A stretch of 32,000 bases of DNA from Candidatus Saccharimonadota bacterium. Lineage in GTDB: Bacteria; Patescibacteriota; Saccharimonadia; Saccharimonadales; UBA4665. A program made the position numbers and the translations under genes. Positions 18,477-28,270 of the stretch are shown piece by piece. The notes under the pieces were generated by a model. The model did not search any database. It saw nothing but the letters and a program-made list of their open reading frames with translations, and was not told the origin of the DNA. Position 1 is the first letter of the stretch, and every line of letters starts with the position of its first letter. The stretch lies in assembly GCA_003516025.1 (NCBI GenBank), contig CP023991.1, positions 871,374-903,373 on the forward strand, in the 5' to 3' direction.

Positions 18477-21094
18477 TCTTGGGCGATCGGTTCCCCGCCC
18501 GGTTCAAGCACTACCTCGTCCTCGTCTTCAGGCTCTTCGGCCTTATCGACCAGTGCTAATGACACAACCTCATCGCCGTCGCGGAGGCGCATAATGCGCA
18601 CACCTTGGGTTGAACGGCCCAGAGCTGGAATATCTTTAATGCCCAAGCGAATGGTCTGGCCCTGCTGGGAAATGATGATCACTTCCTGACCGTCGTCGCT
18701 ACTGGATTCAACCAGTGTCTTTACGCCTACCAGGTCGCCGGTCTTCGTATTAACCACGGCGCTGCGGATACCGACACCACCACGGGTGTGCGGTGTAAAC
18801 TGGGCAACTTTGGTGCGCTTGCCGTAGCCGTACTTGGAAATTACGAAAATGCTGGAGTTAGCCTCAACAATGTCCATGCCGATAACCTTATCATCCTTAC
18901 GGAGGCGAATACCACGGACGCCGCGTGAAACACGGCCCATTGGCCGGGCGTCTTTCTCATGGAAGCGGATGGCCTGGCCTTCGGCGGTTGAAATAACTAC
19001 TTCGTTATCACCGTTGGTTGGGCGGATCCACTTTAATTCGTCGCCCTCATCGAGGTTGATGGCAATCAAACCGCTGGTCCGAACATTCTTGTACTGCTCA
19101 AACGGCGTCTTTTTTACGACACCCTTCACTGTACACATAATCAGGTTTTGGCAATCGACACCCTTAGAGACATTAATTACCGAGCTGACGGTTTCTTCCG
19201 GCTGCAGCTGCAGTAAGTTAACGATAGCTACTCCCTTGGCATTCAGGCCAACCGCTGGAACTTCATAGGTTTTAAGACGGAATACACGGCCCTTGTTCGT
19301 AAAGAACAGGAGGAAATCATGGGTTGAAGCGTTCACGACATGTTCGATGACGTCTTCTTCACGGGTAGCCATACCACGGCGGCCCTTGCCGCCACGTCCC
19401 TGGCGCTTATATTCAGCGATCTGACTCCGTTTAATGTAATTTGCTGATGTAAGAGTTACAACAACTTGTTCTTCGGCAATTAGATCTTCATCGTTCATGC
19501 GGTCCAGTTCGCTGTCGATAATGCGGGTACGGCGCTCATCGCCGTACTGCTTCTTCAGCTCTTTCATCTCATCTTTGATGATACCCAGGATGCGTTTTTC
19601 ATCAGCCAGGATAGCTTCCAGTTCCTGGATAATCTTCATCAGCTCGGCCAGGCGGTCTTCGATCTTCTGGCGTTCCAGGCCGGTAAGCGTGCGCAGCTGC
19701 ATCGCCAGGATGGCGTTAGTCTGCAAAATACTCAAGCCAAAGCGTTCAATCAGGTTGCGGCGGGCGGCATCAGTTGATTCACTGCCCCGGATAACGGCGA
19801 TCACTTCATCGATGTGGTCAAGCGCGATCTTTAAGCCCTCTAAGATGTGGGCCTCGTCTTTGGCCTTGCGCAGTTCGTACTCGGTACGGCGGCGGACAAC
19901 AATGCGGCGATGCTTAATGTGCTCATTAATAATGTCCTGCAGGCCCAGTACGCGTGGCTGGATACCGTCGATCAGGGCCATCATGTTAAAGTGGAACGAT
20001 GTCTGTAACGGCGTCAGCTTATACAGCTGATTGAGTAATTTCTTAGGGAAAGCGTCTTTTTTGAGATCGATAACAATGCGCACATTCCCACGGGCTGATT
20101 CGTCACGGATATCAGAAATGCCGGTAACTTTTTTATCGCGCACCAGGTCGGCAATTTTGACTACCAGGCTTTCTTTATTCAAGGCATAAGGAATTTCCGT
20201 AATAATGATCTGATGACGGCCCCGGTTTGATTTGGCGCCTTCGACGATTTCAGCGATACCCCGGGTGACTACGCCACCACGGCCGGTCGCGTAGGCGGTG
20301 CGTAAGCTGTCCTTGCCGTAAACGATACCGCCGGTTGGGAAGTCCGGACCTTTAACGTACTCTAAAAGGTCGTCCAGCGTGGCGTCCGGGTGGTCAATCT
20401 GGTGTATGGTCGCGTCGACCAGCTCGGTTAAGTTGTGCGGCGGAATATTGGTCGCCATACCAACAGCAATACCAAGTTGTCCGTTGAGGAGTAAGCTTGG
20501 AATTTTAGCCGGCAATACTGATGGTTCCTGAGTGGTTCCATCGTAGTTGTCACGGAAGTCAACAGTTTCCTTGTCGATATCTGCCAACAGCTCGTCGGCC
20601 AGGCGCTGCATCTTAGCTTCAGTGTAACGCATAGCGGCGGGTGGATCGCCATCCATACTACCGAAGTTACCCTGTCCGTTAATAAGCATATAGCGCATAC
20701 TCCACGGCTGAGCCATACGGACCATCGAGTCATAAATGGCGGCGTCACCGTGCGGGTGGTACTTACCCATCACTTCACCGACGACGTTAGCTGACTTACG
20801 GTGGCGAGAAGTGCTGCGCAGGCCGTTTTGGTTCATAGAGTATAAAATGCGGCGATGCACTGGTTTCATACCATCTCTGACGTCAGGAAGAGCACGTTCG
20901 ACAATAACCGACATTGAGTAGCGTAAATAGCTGTCTTCCATGACGTCTTCGACCGTACGGCCTTCAACCTGGCGGGAGTGAGTGATATCAGTAATGATTT
21001 CAACCGCGCTCGAGGAGGGCTGGTTCTCTAAGCGGGGCGTCTCGATGTTTTCATCGGGATTCGGGGTTATTGGTGTATCGAGATTATCATCCAT
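18473..21094 (-). CDS. gyrA: DNA gyrase subunit A
   Basis: It has the QRDR-type [17 protein letters not shown] motif, the active-site context [11 protein letters not shown]-terminal beta-pinwheel repeats and an acidic tail. SD AAGGA overlaps the gyrB stop. Confidence 0.97.
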   Translation of the reverse strand: MDDNLDTPITPNPDENIETPRLENQPSSSAVEIITDITHSRQVEGRTVEDVMEDSYLRYSMSVIVERALPDVRDGMKPVHRRILYSMNQNGLRSTSRHRKSANVVGEVMGKYHPHGDAAIYDSMVRMAQPWSMRYMLINGQGNFGSMDGDPPAAMRYTEAKMQRLADELLADIDKETVDFRDNYDGTTQEPSVLPAKIPSLLLNGQLGIAVGMATNIPPHNLTELVDATIHQIDHPDATLDDLLEYVKGPDFPTGGIVYGKDSLRTAYATGRGGVVTRGIAEIVEGAKSNRGRHQIIITEIPYALNKESLVVKIADLVRDKKVTGISDIRDESARGNVRIVIDLKKDAFPKKLLNQLYKLTPLQTSFHFNMMALIDGIQPRVLGLQDIINEHIKHRRIVVRRRTEYELRKAKDEAHILEGLKIALDHIDEVIAVIRGSESTDAARRNLIERFGLSILQTNAILAMQLRTLTGLERQKIEDRLAELMKIIQELEAILADEKRILGIIKDEMKELKKQYGDERRTRIIDSELDRMNDEDLIAEEQVVVTLTSANYIKRSQIAEYKRQGRGGKGRRGMATREEDVIEHVVNASTHDFLLFFTNKGRVFRLKTYEVPAVGLNAKGVAIVNLLQLQPEETVSSVINVSKGVDCQNLIMCTVKGVVKKTPFEQYKNVRTSGLIAINLDEGDELKWIRPTNGDNEVVISTAEGQAIRFHEKDARPMGRVSRGVRGIRLRKDDKVIGMDIVEANSSIFVISKYGYGKRTKVAQFTPHTRGGVGIRSAVVNTKTGDLVGVKTLVESSSDDGQEVIIISQQGQTIRLGIKDIPALGRSTQGVRIMRLRDGDEVVSLALVDKAEEPEDEDEVVLEPGGEPIAQD

Positions 21095-21105
21095 AATTGC
21101 TATCC

Positions 21106-23094
<1,989 letters not shown>

Positions 23095-23379
23095 TTACCC
23101 TCTTTTAGTCCATTGAATCATACAATAAATCGTTAGTAAGCTGGTGCGCCCATCCCGTTAGAACCTATTATACAGGAAGTTTGCAGCGTGCGCCAGCTGG
23201 TCAAATCGTGCGGTTTGCCTGAACAACGCTAAATATGATTCTATTATGATTATGTTGCCTTTTGCAAATTCCCTTCAGTAGCCACCGCACTATTGTATGC
23301 AAAATATTGTTGTATTTATTATAAAACTGTAGGCAAATAACAGATGATGGGCCGTACTGAGTAGCCATAGTACTCAATA

Positions 23380-26300
23380 TTAGGATTGTGGGGCTGATGC
23401 CGCGTTGGGATCGGTCCGAGACTTAAGGTTACCCTCTTTGTCGATATAAATCGTGTCCTCTGGCGTTGAATCTTTGACGTTAGCCCGCGGCTGTGGCAGG
23501 ACGATGCCATCCTCCATGATAAGATTCTGGTCTATGACAAGCTCTTCGGACACCGTCGGAGCCGGTACGACCGGTATGTTTTCAGTCACCTGCGGAGTCA
23601 CTGCTAATGGCATGGGCGCTGCCGAGGCGGCTGCCGGAACTGGCGATGGAGATTGTGCGACGTGGCCTATAGGCGGGTGGACCGATGTCGCGGGCACGGT
23701 TACGGTTACCGGTGGTGTGGGCCGGTGGATTGGTTCAGGCGTGGCCGGATGCCACACCGGCTGCTGATAAGCGTGCGGTGACTGAGATTGCAGCGCCGTT
23801 TGCGGCGCGGTTGCCGGGCGGGCGGACGGAGCTGTCGGCATCTGCTGCCGTTTAGCAAGCCAGTCGTCCAGGAATGAACCACCCGCCGCAGGCGCCCCGC
23901 CTGCCGGGCGCTGAGCGGCGGCAGGCTGACCGAACTGTCCTGCCGGGCGGCCAAAGCCACCGGCAGCACCAGGTGCCACCGGTGAAGTTGCCGTGCCGTT
24001 ACCAAAAGCTGGAGTCGCTGGCCGGGATTCTTCTTTCGTAGCCAGGCGCGCGAATACCTCTTTTTCAACGGCGGCCCGCGGCTTGCCGTACTTAGCGGCC
24101 GAAAGCTGCTTCAAGGCATTGAATAACTGGGAGTTAGGGTTGCCGAGCGGCGGTAGGGTTGCCATAGAGAACGGATTGGTCGGCACTCCGCCCACAAGCG
24201 TACGGACAATGGCATTATGGTTTGGTATGCGCAGCAGGTCATCGGAGTCGAATGTTGGCTGGAAATACTTGGTAATAGCCTCGACGTCGTTCTGGCCGAT
24301 ACGGAAGGACACTATGGTACCCATGTTACCGAACACGGCGTCACGGATTTCTTCGGTCAGCTGGGTAGTAAACTGGTTAGCCACAATCAGATTCAGGTGA
24401 TACTTACGAGCTTCGGACATGATGGTCGCGAACGAATCGGTGGAAAAGTTCTGGAACTCATCGACGTACAAGGCAAAATCCTTACGCTCGCTCTCGGGGA
24501 TGCTGGCACGGCTCATAGCAGCCGCCTGGAACTTCATAACGAAGATCATGCCCAGTAGTTTGCTGTTAAGATCCCCTACCCGGCCCTTGGAAAGGTTTAC
24601 CAGCAGAATCTTCTTATTGTCCATCACATCGCGCAGGTCAAACGAGCTTTTGGTCTGGCCGATAATATTACGCATCATCTCATTGCTCAGGAAAGCGCCG
24701 AACTTTGATACGAACCAACTGACTACCTCACCGAAGTCGTTACTGCGCTGGGACTGCGGCATTTCCTTCGTCCAGAACTCTATAACATTCTGGTCGGTCA
24801 CATACTGCAGTTTCTGCTTAACGTACTGCGGATCGCGGAACAGCTTAGGGATATCTATGAATGTTCCACCCGCCGGATCAGCCATGACCGTAAGCGCAGC
24901 CATGCGGAATAAATGCTCATAACGCGGCCCCATGATGCCTTGATGCTGCGGATCGTACAGCTTATAGAGCATGTTGAGGGTTTCCTGAATCAGGAAGTCT
25001 TTCTGATCGGGATTATTAAACTCGAACAGGTTGAGGCCCATTGGATATTCCAGGTCGGCAGGACTGAAATAAATGACGTCCTCGGTGCGCTCTTTTGGTA
25101 CCATAGAGAGGATTTTTTCGGCCGTATCACCGTGCGGGTCAATAAAGGCGAAGCCATCGCCGTTCAGCATATCCTGCAACGCCAAGTTTTCGAGAAATGT
25201 TGATTTACCGGTACCGGTCTGACCGACGGCATACATATGCCGTTGCCGGTCGCCGAGAGCTAGACGCACCGGCTTTTTGACATTACGGAAGACGTTATAA
25301 CCCAGCAGCAGCCCTTCGTCCGGCATGTTGCGCGGACCGTCCACCTGCTTGGACATTTGGCGGGTCAGCTGTGAAGTCGGCGCGTTCTGGCCATCAGGAA
25401 AGTGGAACAACGTAGCCAGCTCAACGGCATTCAAAATATTCTTATTCTTCTTTTGCGGGAAGAAACGCATGATGTAGCCGGTGACGAAACTTTCCATGTC
25501 TTTGGCCGGCGTGTACTTGAAGCCATTTTTGCCGGGCGCGTCATACAGGGAGAATGTGGCGACAACGTTATTAAGGATCGCCTGGGCGCGCTGTGACACA
25601 TTGGAAGAAGCCACGACCCGTATCATCACCTCATAACCGGGATGCCTGGTCTTATCGTCAATAGAATCGAGCACCTGCTGTTCCAGGGCTGACAATTCCT
25701 TGGGCTTCTCTTCGCCCTTCCCACTATTATCGTCAGGAGGCTTAACAAAAGCAGTCATGAACTGCTTGAAGCCGTTACTGACCGCTTCAGCACCCTTGCT
25801 TCCCTCTTTACCCTTACGCTTTTTACTGGCAAGACCAGTGGCAGTTTTGCGCCAGCCCGGGTCGGCCGGACGCATAAGTATCTGAATACCGGCGCCGTCT
25901 TCCTTTTCAAGCGTCGACAAAGCATTTAACAACGAAACCATGGCGTCACGCTTCAGGTCCTGATACGTCGCGATGGGATAGGCGAAAGAGCTCTTTAAAT
26001 TAAGCTCGCCGCCGACCGTGCTGATAACCTTGCCGACCGGACTAAAAATATTGTGTTCAGCTACTTCTTCGAGCCGGGCCGCCGGATAGGCGCTGGTGAC
26101 CGCCTGCTTAACAACATCGACTAAAGCCACCGGAACCGCGGCATAGTAATATACAAAACCGTGAGTGCCGATAATCTCAAAGGCAAAATGGCGCTGGCCG
26201 TAGAACTTAGCCTTAAAACCCTTCTGCAGCGTGCTGGCAATAATGTTGTAAATAATTTGTGCTTTGCTGATTGTTTCATCTGTTAAATCGCGTTGGTCGC

Positions 26301-26481
26301 GGCCACCGCCCTGCAAGTCCTCACTTGGAGGCGGCAGGTTAATAAGCAGCGGTACCATCTTCAGGCCGCGTTCATAATTCTTCTGTTCACGCATGCTGCG
26401 GCGGGAACGCAAGAAGACTACCGGCGCTGCCACGCTGCCGATAACGATAATTATAATAAGTATAGTGAATAAGGCGGTCAT
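23380..26481 (-). CDS. Membrane-anchored P-loop NTPase of the TraD/VirD4 (type IV coupling protein) / HerA / FtsK superfamily, 1033 aa, with a ~250-aa Pro/Ala/Gln-rich C-terminal tail
   Basis: It begins with an N-terminal TM helix (FTILIIIIVIGSVAAPVVFL). The core carries Walker A VGQTGTGKSTF, IDPHGD, Walker B FALYVDEFQNF and ANQFTTQL. The tail is low complexity (PAGQFGQPAAAQRPAGGAPAAGG...PTPPVTVTVPATS...). The exact family is unresolved without an HMM search. Confidence 0.7.
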   Translation of the reverse strand: MTALFTILIIIIVIGSVAAPVVFLRSRRSMREQKNYERGLKMVPLLINLPPPSEDLQGGGRDQRDLTDETISKAQIIYNIIASTLQKGFKAKFYGQRHFAFEIIGTHGFVYYYAAVPVALVDVVKQAVTSAYPAARLEEVAEHNIFSPVGKVISTVGGELNLKSSFAYPIATYQDLKRDAMVSLLNALSTLEKEDGAGIQILMRPADPGWRKTATGLASKKRKGKEGSKGAEAVSNGFKQFMTAFVKPPDDNSGKGEEKPKELSALEQQVLDSIDDKTRHPGYEVMIRVVASSNVSQRAQAILNNVVATFSLYDAPGKNGFKYTPAKDMESFVTGYIMRFFPQKKNKNILNAVELATLFHFPDGQNAPTSQLTRQMSKQVDGPRNMPDEGLLLGYNVFRNVKKPVRLALGDRQRHMYAVGQTGTGKSTFLENLALQDMLNGDGFAFIDPHGDTAEKILSMVPKERTEDVIYFSPADLEYPMGLNLFEFNNPDQKDFLIQETLNMLYKLYDPQHQGIMGPRYEHLFRMAALTVMADPAGGTFIDIPKLFRDPQYVKQKLQYVTDQNVIEFWTKEMPQSQRSNDFGEVVSWFVSKFGAFLSNEMMRNIIGQTKSSFDLRDVMDNKKILLVNLSKGRVGDLNSKLLGMIFVMKFQAAAMSRASIPESERKDFALYVDEFQNFSTDSFATIMSEARKYHLNLIVANQFTTQLTEEIRDAVFGNMGTIVSFRIGQNDVEAITKYFQPTFDSDDLLRIPNHNAIVRTLVGGVPTNPFSMATLPPLGNPNSQLFNALKQLSAAKYGKPRAAVEKEVFARLATKEESRPATPAFGNGTATSPVAPGAAGGFGRPAGQFGQPAAAQRPAGGAPAAGGSFLDDWLAKRQQMPTAPSARPATAPQTALQSQSPHAYQQPVWHPATPEPIHRPTPPVTVTVPATSVHPPIGHVAQSPSPVPAAASAAPMPLAVTPQVTENIPVVPAPTVSEELVIDQNLIMEDGIVLPQPRANVKDSTPEDTIYIDKEGNLKSRTDPNAASAPQS

Positions 26482-26487
26482 AGTCGT

Positions 26488-26880
26488 TTACTCGTCCACC
26501 GACCCGATAATTTTGTTGTAGCGCTTTTTCATATAATCAGCCTTAAGGGCATGGAGCGCCTTGGTCTGTTCGTGCGGGTCGTTCCGGGTCTGCTCCACTA
26601 TATGCTTGGCTTTCATAACCCATTCTTTTTCGATCAGGTCACCGTCATCGGCGGCGGCCGGTGCCGGAGGTACCGGCGCCTGTTTCACTACGCCGGGTTG
26701 GGGGCCAGCCGCTGGTTGCAGCGGTAACGTAACCGACAACACGGACGGAGAACCACCAGGTATCACTGGAGGCGCGATGGCTGGCGCCGGCGCGGTTTCA
26801 GGGGATGACACCGGTAATTCACCTAACTCAGGAGCCACCGGGCCATGTACGGTATTGTTATGATTTTGATCCATTTCCAT
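26488..26880 (-). CDS. Hypothetical protein, 130 aa: Pro/Ala-rich N-half, charged helical C-half
   Basis: Its stop lies 6 nt before the ATPase start, which suggests translational coupling. The C-half reads DLIEKEWVMKAKHIVEQTRNDPHEQTKALHALKADYMKKRYN. Confidence 0.6.
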   Translation of the reverse strand: MEMDQNHNNTVHGPVAPELGELPVSSPETAPAPAIAPPVIPGGSPSVLSVTLPLQPAAGPQPGVVKQAPVPPAPAAADDGDLIEKEWVMKAKHIVEQTRNDPHEQTKALHALKADYMKKRYNKIIGSVDE

Positions 26881-26933
26881 CTACGCTTTTCTATCTATAG
26901 ATTATACAACTATAATCAAATTATCCGCAGCGT

Positions 26934-27317
26934 TTACATTTTTCCGCCATCATTCCCCCCGAGGTACAGACGCGTAACGTAAAAGTACCCTGCCAGGAAT
27001 AATATTATGAGCGTGATGACATCGCGCGGCGTCAGCTGGCCGATAGACTGTAACGCCAATAACATAACCGGTAGCAGCGACAGCGAAACCACCAGGCCGT
27101 TGTATGGCACCGGCCTGAGCCTCCGGTCTAGTTTCAGCACCCGGGCCGTAAGCCGGACCCCGCAGTAAGAGATAACCAATAGAAGGATGAAGGCCGCTAC
27201 GAGCACTATTGGTGCCGAGTTGCGCGGATTCATAGCCGAAAAAAACAGCGTGGCTGCTACTACGGCCGTGACGAGCACGGCTAATTCCGGATACCGTTTC
27301 ATGTAGCGTTTTATCAT
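26934..27317 (-). CDS. Small integral membrane protein, 127 aa, ~4 predicted TM helices
   Basis: Four hydrophobic segments are visible (LAVLVTAVVAATLFF, IVLVAAFILLLVISY, LVVSLSLLPVMLLAL, VITLIILFLAGYFYV). It is the first gene of the three-gene minus-strand module. Confidence 0.65.
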   Translation of the reverse strand: MIKRYMKRYPELAVLVTAVVAATLFFSAMNPRNSAPIVLVAAFILLLVISYCGVRLTARVLKLDRRLRPVPYNGLVVSLSLLPVMLLALQSIGQLTPRDVITLIILFLAGYFYVTRLYLGGNDGGKM

Positions 27318-27358
27318 ACTGTACTAAGTATAAGCTTTTATAGGTCTATAACGGTACT

Positions 27359-27388
27359 AAAAAGCCGCGAATTGCTTCGCGGCTTTTT
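27359..27388 (-). terminator. Intrinsic terminator/attenuator 40 nt upstream of the membrane-module start codon
   Basis: GCCGCGAA-TTGC-TTCGCGGC is flanked by A5 and T5 runs, so it is bidirectional in form. On the minus strand it is followed by TTTTT and then by the 127-aa gene. Confidence 0.7.
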
Positions 27389-27725
27389 ACGGTTAATTAT
27401 TTGTAAGACAACGCCCCTGTATCAGGGCAAAAATTCAAAGGGCGACCAAGGCGATAAATCCGCTCATACAAATATAAACTATTGTAGCGCTTATCGCCTA
27501 TGGTCTGACTGACCGCTCCGTGTGCCGGTAAGGCATTTGGAGCGTTAGCGGCATCTTGGCTATGTACTATAAGGAGCCTAGGGATTCCTTATGAACCGGA
27601 AAAACGTGTAAGCAGTATTCTTCTCTGGTTTACATAGTCTAAATTTGAAAAGATTTCATTTTTAGCGATGCCGGTGATGTGTTCTGTAAGTTGTTAAAGA
27701 ATTCTTTTTTGTTTTTGTAACTTAC
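27389..27725 (-). ncRNA. Candidate ~340-nt structured leader RNA or independent ncRNA (promoter to terminator)
   Basis: It is bounded by the predicted promoter (27732-27760) and the terminator (27359-27388). Internal stems are CGCTCC..TGCC-loop-GGCA..GGAGCG (27514-27546), GGCGATAA/TTATCGCC (27460-27498), ATAAGGA/TCCTTAT (27569-27592) and CCCTG/CAGGG (27414-27426). There is no credible ORF, and I recognise no known riboswitch, SRP, tmRNA or 6S signature. Confidence 0.4.
27691..27700 (-). promoter_or_regulatory. boxA-like core in the minus-strand leader
   Basis: The minus strand reads TCTTTAACAA, an exact match to the 3' ten nt of E. coli boxA TGCTCTTTAACAA. It lies ~25-35 nt downstream of the predicted TSS. 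Confidence 0.4.
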
Positions 27726-27731
27726 TCTTTC

Positions 27732-27760
27732 ATCCTACTACGAATTAGGCGAAATGTCAA
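27732..27760 (-). promoter_or_regulatory. Predicted promoter driving the leader and membrane module
   Basis: The minus strand reads TTGACA-N17-TAGGAT (-35 at 27760-27755, -10 at 27737-27732). Confidence 0.55.
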
Positions 27761-27928
27761 TAGGCTTATGCTTGAAAAGTAGTCTATAGCTGAATACTTA
27801 AGTGAGTGAGAATTCTTATAGTTTGCAGTTTGCTATACGCGTATTGTCGGTATGTGGATATCCAACAAAACCAATACCCGGCAGACAAAAGTTAGCCTGT
27901 TTTATGCGTCAGCACGCGCGCAGTCGTG

Positions 27929-27941
27929 TGCTCTTTAACAA
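27929..27941 (+). promoter_or_regulatory. Perfect boxA consensus (TGCTCTTTAACAA) outside any rRNA leader
   Basis: The 13-nt identity to E. coli rrn boxA is exact, and TGCTCTTTAACAATTAAT matches 16 of 18 nt of my recollection of the E. coli rrn leader. An 8-bp hairpin (27911-27932) precedes and overlaps it. Confidence 0.5.
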
Positions 27942-28001
27942 TTAATTTTCTAGTTATACACAGGATTCTGGCAAATTGAGACAAAATGCTTAAGTTTCCT
28001 G

Positions 28002-28030
28002 TTGACACTATAAACAGTAATTTATAAGAT
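28002..28030 (+). promoter_or_regulatory. Predicted promoter of the sRNA candidate / comM leader
   Basis: It reads TTGACA-N17-TAAGAT, the same -10 hexamer and spacing as the predicted 16S promoter. Confidence 0.55.
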
Positions 28031-28036
28031 AGGCGT

Positions 28037-28195
28037 AGCACTGAATAAAAAAAGTGCTCAAAAATAAAAAACGAAAACTACAAAAGGGACAACAGCTACT
28101 CGCAGGTTGTTGTCCCACCAACAAACAGTTTTCAAACAAAATAGACAAAACCAAAACTACAAGACCCGCTCCGAGACTGGCGGGTCTTTTTCTTT
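28037..28195 (+). ncRNA. Candidate ~160-nt A/C-rich small RNA (or terminator-containing 5' leader of comM)
   Basis: The predicted TSS is ~28037. It contains the hairpin AGCAC..GTGCT and a 9-bp hairpin GGGACAACA-N13-TGTTGTCCC. A single-stranded CA-rich tract follows (CCAACAAACAG..CAAACAAAATAGACAAAACCAAAACTACAAG). It ends in the terminator AGACCCGC-N10-GCGGGTCT + TTTTTCTTT (28162-28195). Confidence 0.45.
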
Positions 28196-28270
28196 GCCTC
28201 AGTAACCGAAAAATTACTTATTTATGAACACAATCGCCTCATGCTTGCATGGCTGGCTCAGCCGCCTACA

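Noticed and set aside
27389-27725. Identity of the minus-strand leader/ncRNA as SRP RNA, tmRNA or 6S RNA, or as a TPP riboswitch (a CCCTTTGAA...CTGATA resemblance was noted).
   Set aside because: It has no GGAA-tetraloop or AGCA helix-8 motif, no tRNA-like end with CCA, and no CUGAGA box. The resemblance to TPP is limited to a few nt.
27761-28001. A possible replication origin. The evidence considered was the long AT-rich gene-free region near gyrB/gyrA, with TTATACACA (27954-27962) fitting TTATNCACA and TGTGGATAT (27853-27861) being one mismatch from a DnaA box.
   Set aside because: There are only two boxes, no dnaA/dnaN in the window and no obvious AT-rich 13-mer unwinding repeats. The same 9-mer TTATACACA also occurs in an ordinary spacer at ~6612. 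This is insufficient for an oriC call; a GC-skew analysis of the whole genome would decide.
28054-28227. A 57-codon GTG ORF (VLKNKKRKLQKGQQ...) inside the sRNA candidate.
   Set aside because: It has no SD, its Lys/Asn-rich composition simply mirrors A-rich DNA, and it reads straight through the intrinsic terminator hairpin.
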